Below, in pieces: positions 63,135 to 64,000 of a stretch of 64,000 nt of DNA (positions within the stretch are counted from its first letter, which is position 1; every line of letters starts with the position of its first letter). The notes under the pieces were generated by a model. That model was not told the origin of the DNA, ran no database searches, and saw nothing but the letters and a program-made list of their open reading frames with translations. Position numbers and translations under genes: made by a program. Origin of the DNA: Chlorokybus atmophyticus (lineage: Eukaryota > Plantae > Mesostigma and Chlorokybus algae); NCBI GenBank assembly GCA_009103225.1, contig RHPI01003389.1, positions 62,001 to 126,000 of the forward strand, written 5' to 3'.

Positions 63135-63226
63135 TCGCAGCGTACGGCTATAAGCCTCAACGGCTTGAGCTGTTGTAAGCCTGCGAGTGGTGAAATTTTG
63201 GCAATAAGTGTATTGTGAAATTTGGT

Positions 63227-64000
63227 TATGCTAGTACGCACAGCCTAGATGAGGACTCTTATCCACGGCTGAGCCTCACTGCCAAAGTTTAATCTAGTCA
63301 GGTAAGCAAACGTCTCAAGCTAAATAAGCTGGTTAGCATTAACTATCATATCATCTGGTTGTAAGTTCAGATGTTCACGCATTAATACTCGCTAGCTTGT
63401 AGGCTAGCGAGTGTCTGTCTATAAGCACGTCTTTGCTGCATCTGAGGACGCACAAGAAACAGTTTGCTTGTGCGCACCTGTTGTGCGCAGTCGCATCATC
63501 TTGCCCCTCGGGCATGACGCCACCGTAGCCAGCGATGTCGGCTTGATGGGCGGTGCTTAGAAGCCGGGCAGCTGGCAACCTTGCCAAGCGTGGCAAGTGA
63601 ACAACTAATGTGGTTGAAGCCGCAGCAGCTGTTCTTGTTCTCGTTGGCGCTGTGGGCGCCATCACCGTCGTGCTTGCTCAACCGCGCACCCAACCCAACC
63701 ACCCGCGCTGCCGCCACCGCTGTTGCCACCTCCTTCAGCACAACTGTTGTGGTGTAGCTGACGGCTACAGTATGGGCAGCACCGTCCACGTGGCAGCTAT
63801 GGCTCACGTGATCTTGTGCGCACTCAGTCGTCGGATGTGCATTTCGCACCGTTTCCTAAGGCTATGCTAGTACGCACAGCCTTAATGAAGACTCTCATCC
63901 ATGGTTGAGCCTCATTGCCGAAAATTGATCTATTCGAGCAAGCAAACATCTCAAGCTGAATAAGCTGGTTGTTAACATTAACTATCATCTGGCTCCAAGT
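63227..64000 (+). repeat. Tandem direct repeat with about a 636-bp period, carrying the inverted copy of the DIRS 5' region
   Basis: 63227-63364 aligns with 63863-64000 (TATGCTAGTACGCACAGCCT...). The repeat runs off the window end. Confidence 0.85.

Overview
Intron-rich eukaryotic nuclear DNA from a flagellated green alga (Viridiplantae). The plant-like PEX16, SERP1 and CCCH motifs hint at a streptophyte alga, which is an inference. Gene models were rebuilt by hand from GT/GC-AG splice sites, so exon boundaries are approximate. The housekeeping core (20-43 kb) holds an At5g63440-like STEEP1/DUF167 protein, SERP1/RAMP4, PEX16, plastid EngA/Der, ZMYND10, metaxin and PSAL. It is bracketed by two inverted paralogs of an unusual multidomain gene: winged-helix (LOTUS/OST-HTH-like) repeats, a CCCH finger, a DEDDy 3'-5' exonuclease and a Ycf45/SpoIIIAA-like AAA ATPase. 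The left end has two convergent E3-ligase genes, one fusing a bacterial YbjN/CesT-like domain to a U-box, followed by microsatellites, an assembly gap and an AT-rich block. The right third is rich in mobile elements. It contains two families of miniature LTR retrotransposons (TRIMs) with perfect TSDs, one nested in the other, and a decayed DIRS-type tyrosine-recombinase retrotransposon whose modules are in permuted order. It also has a strong excess of perfect short foldback palindromes.
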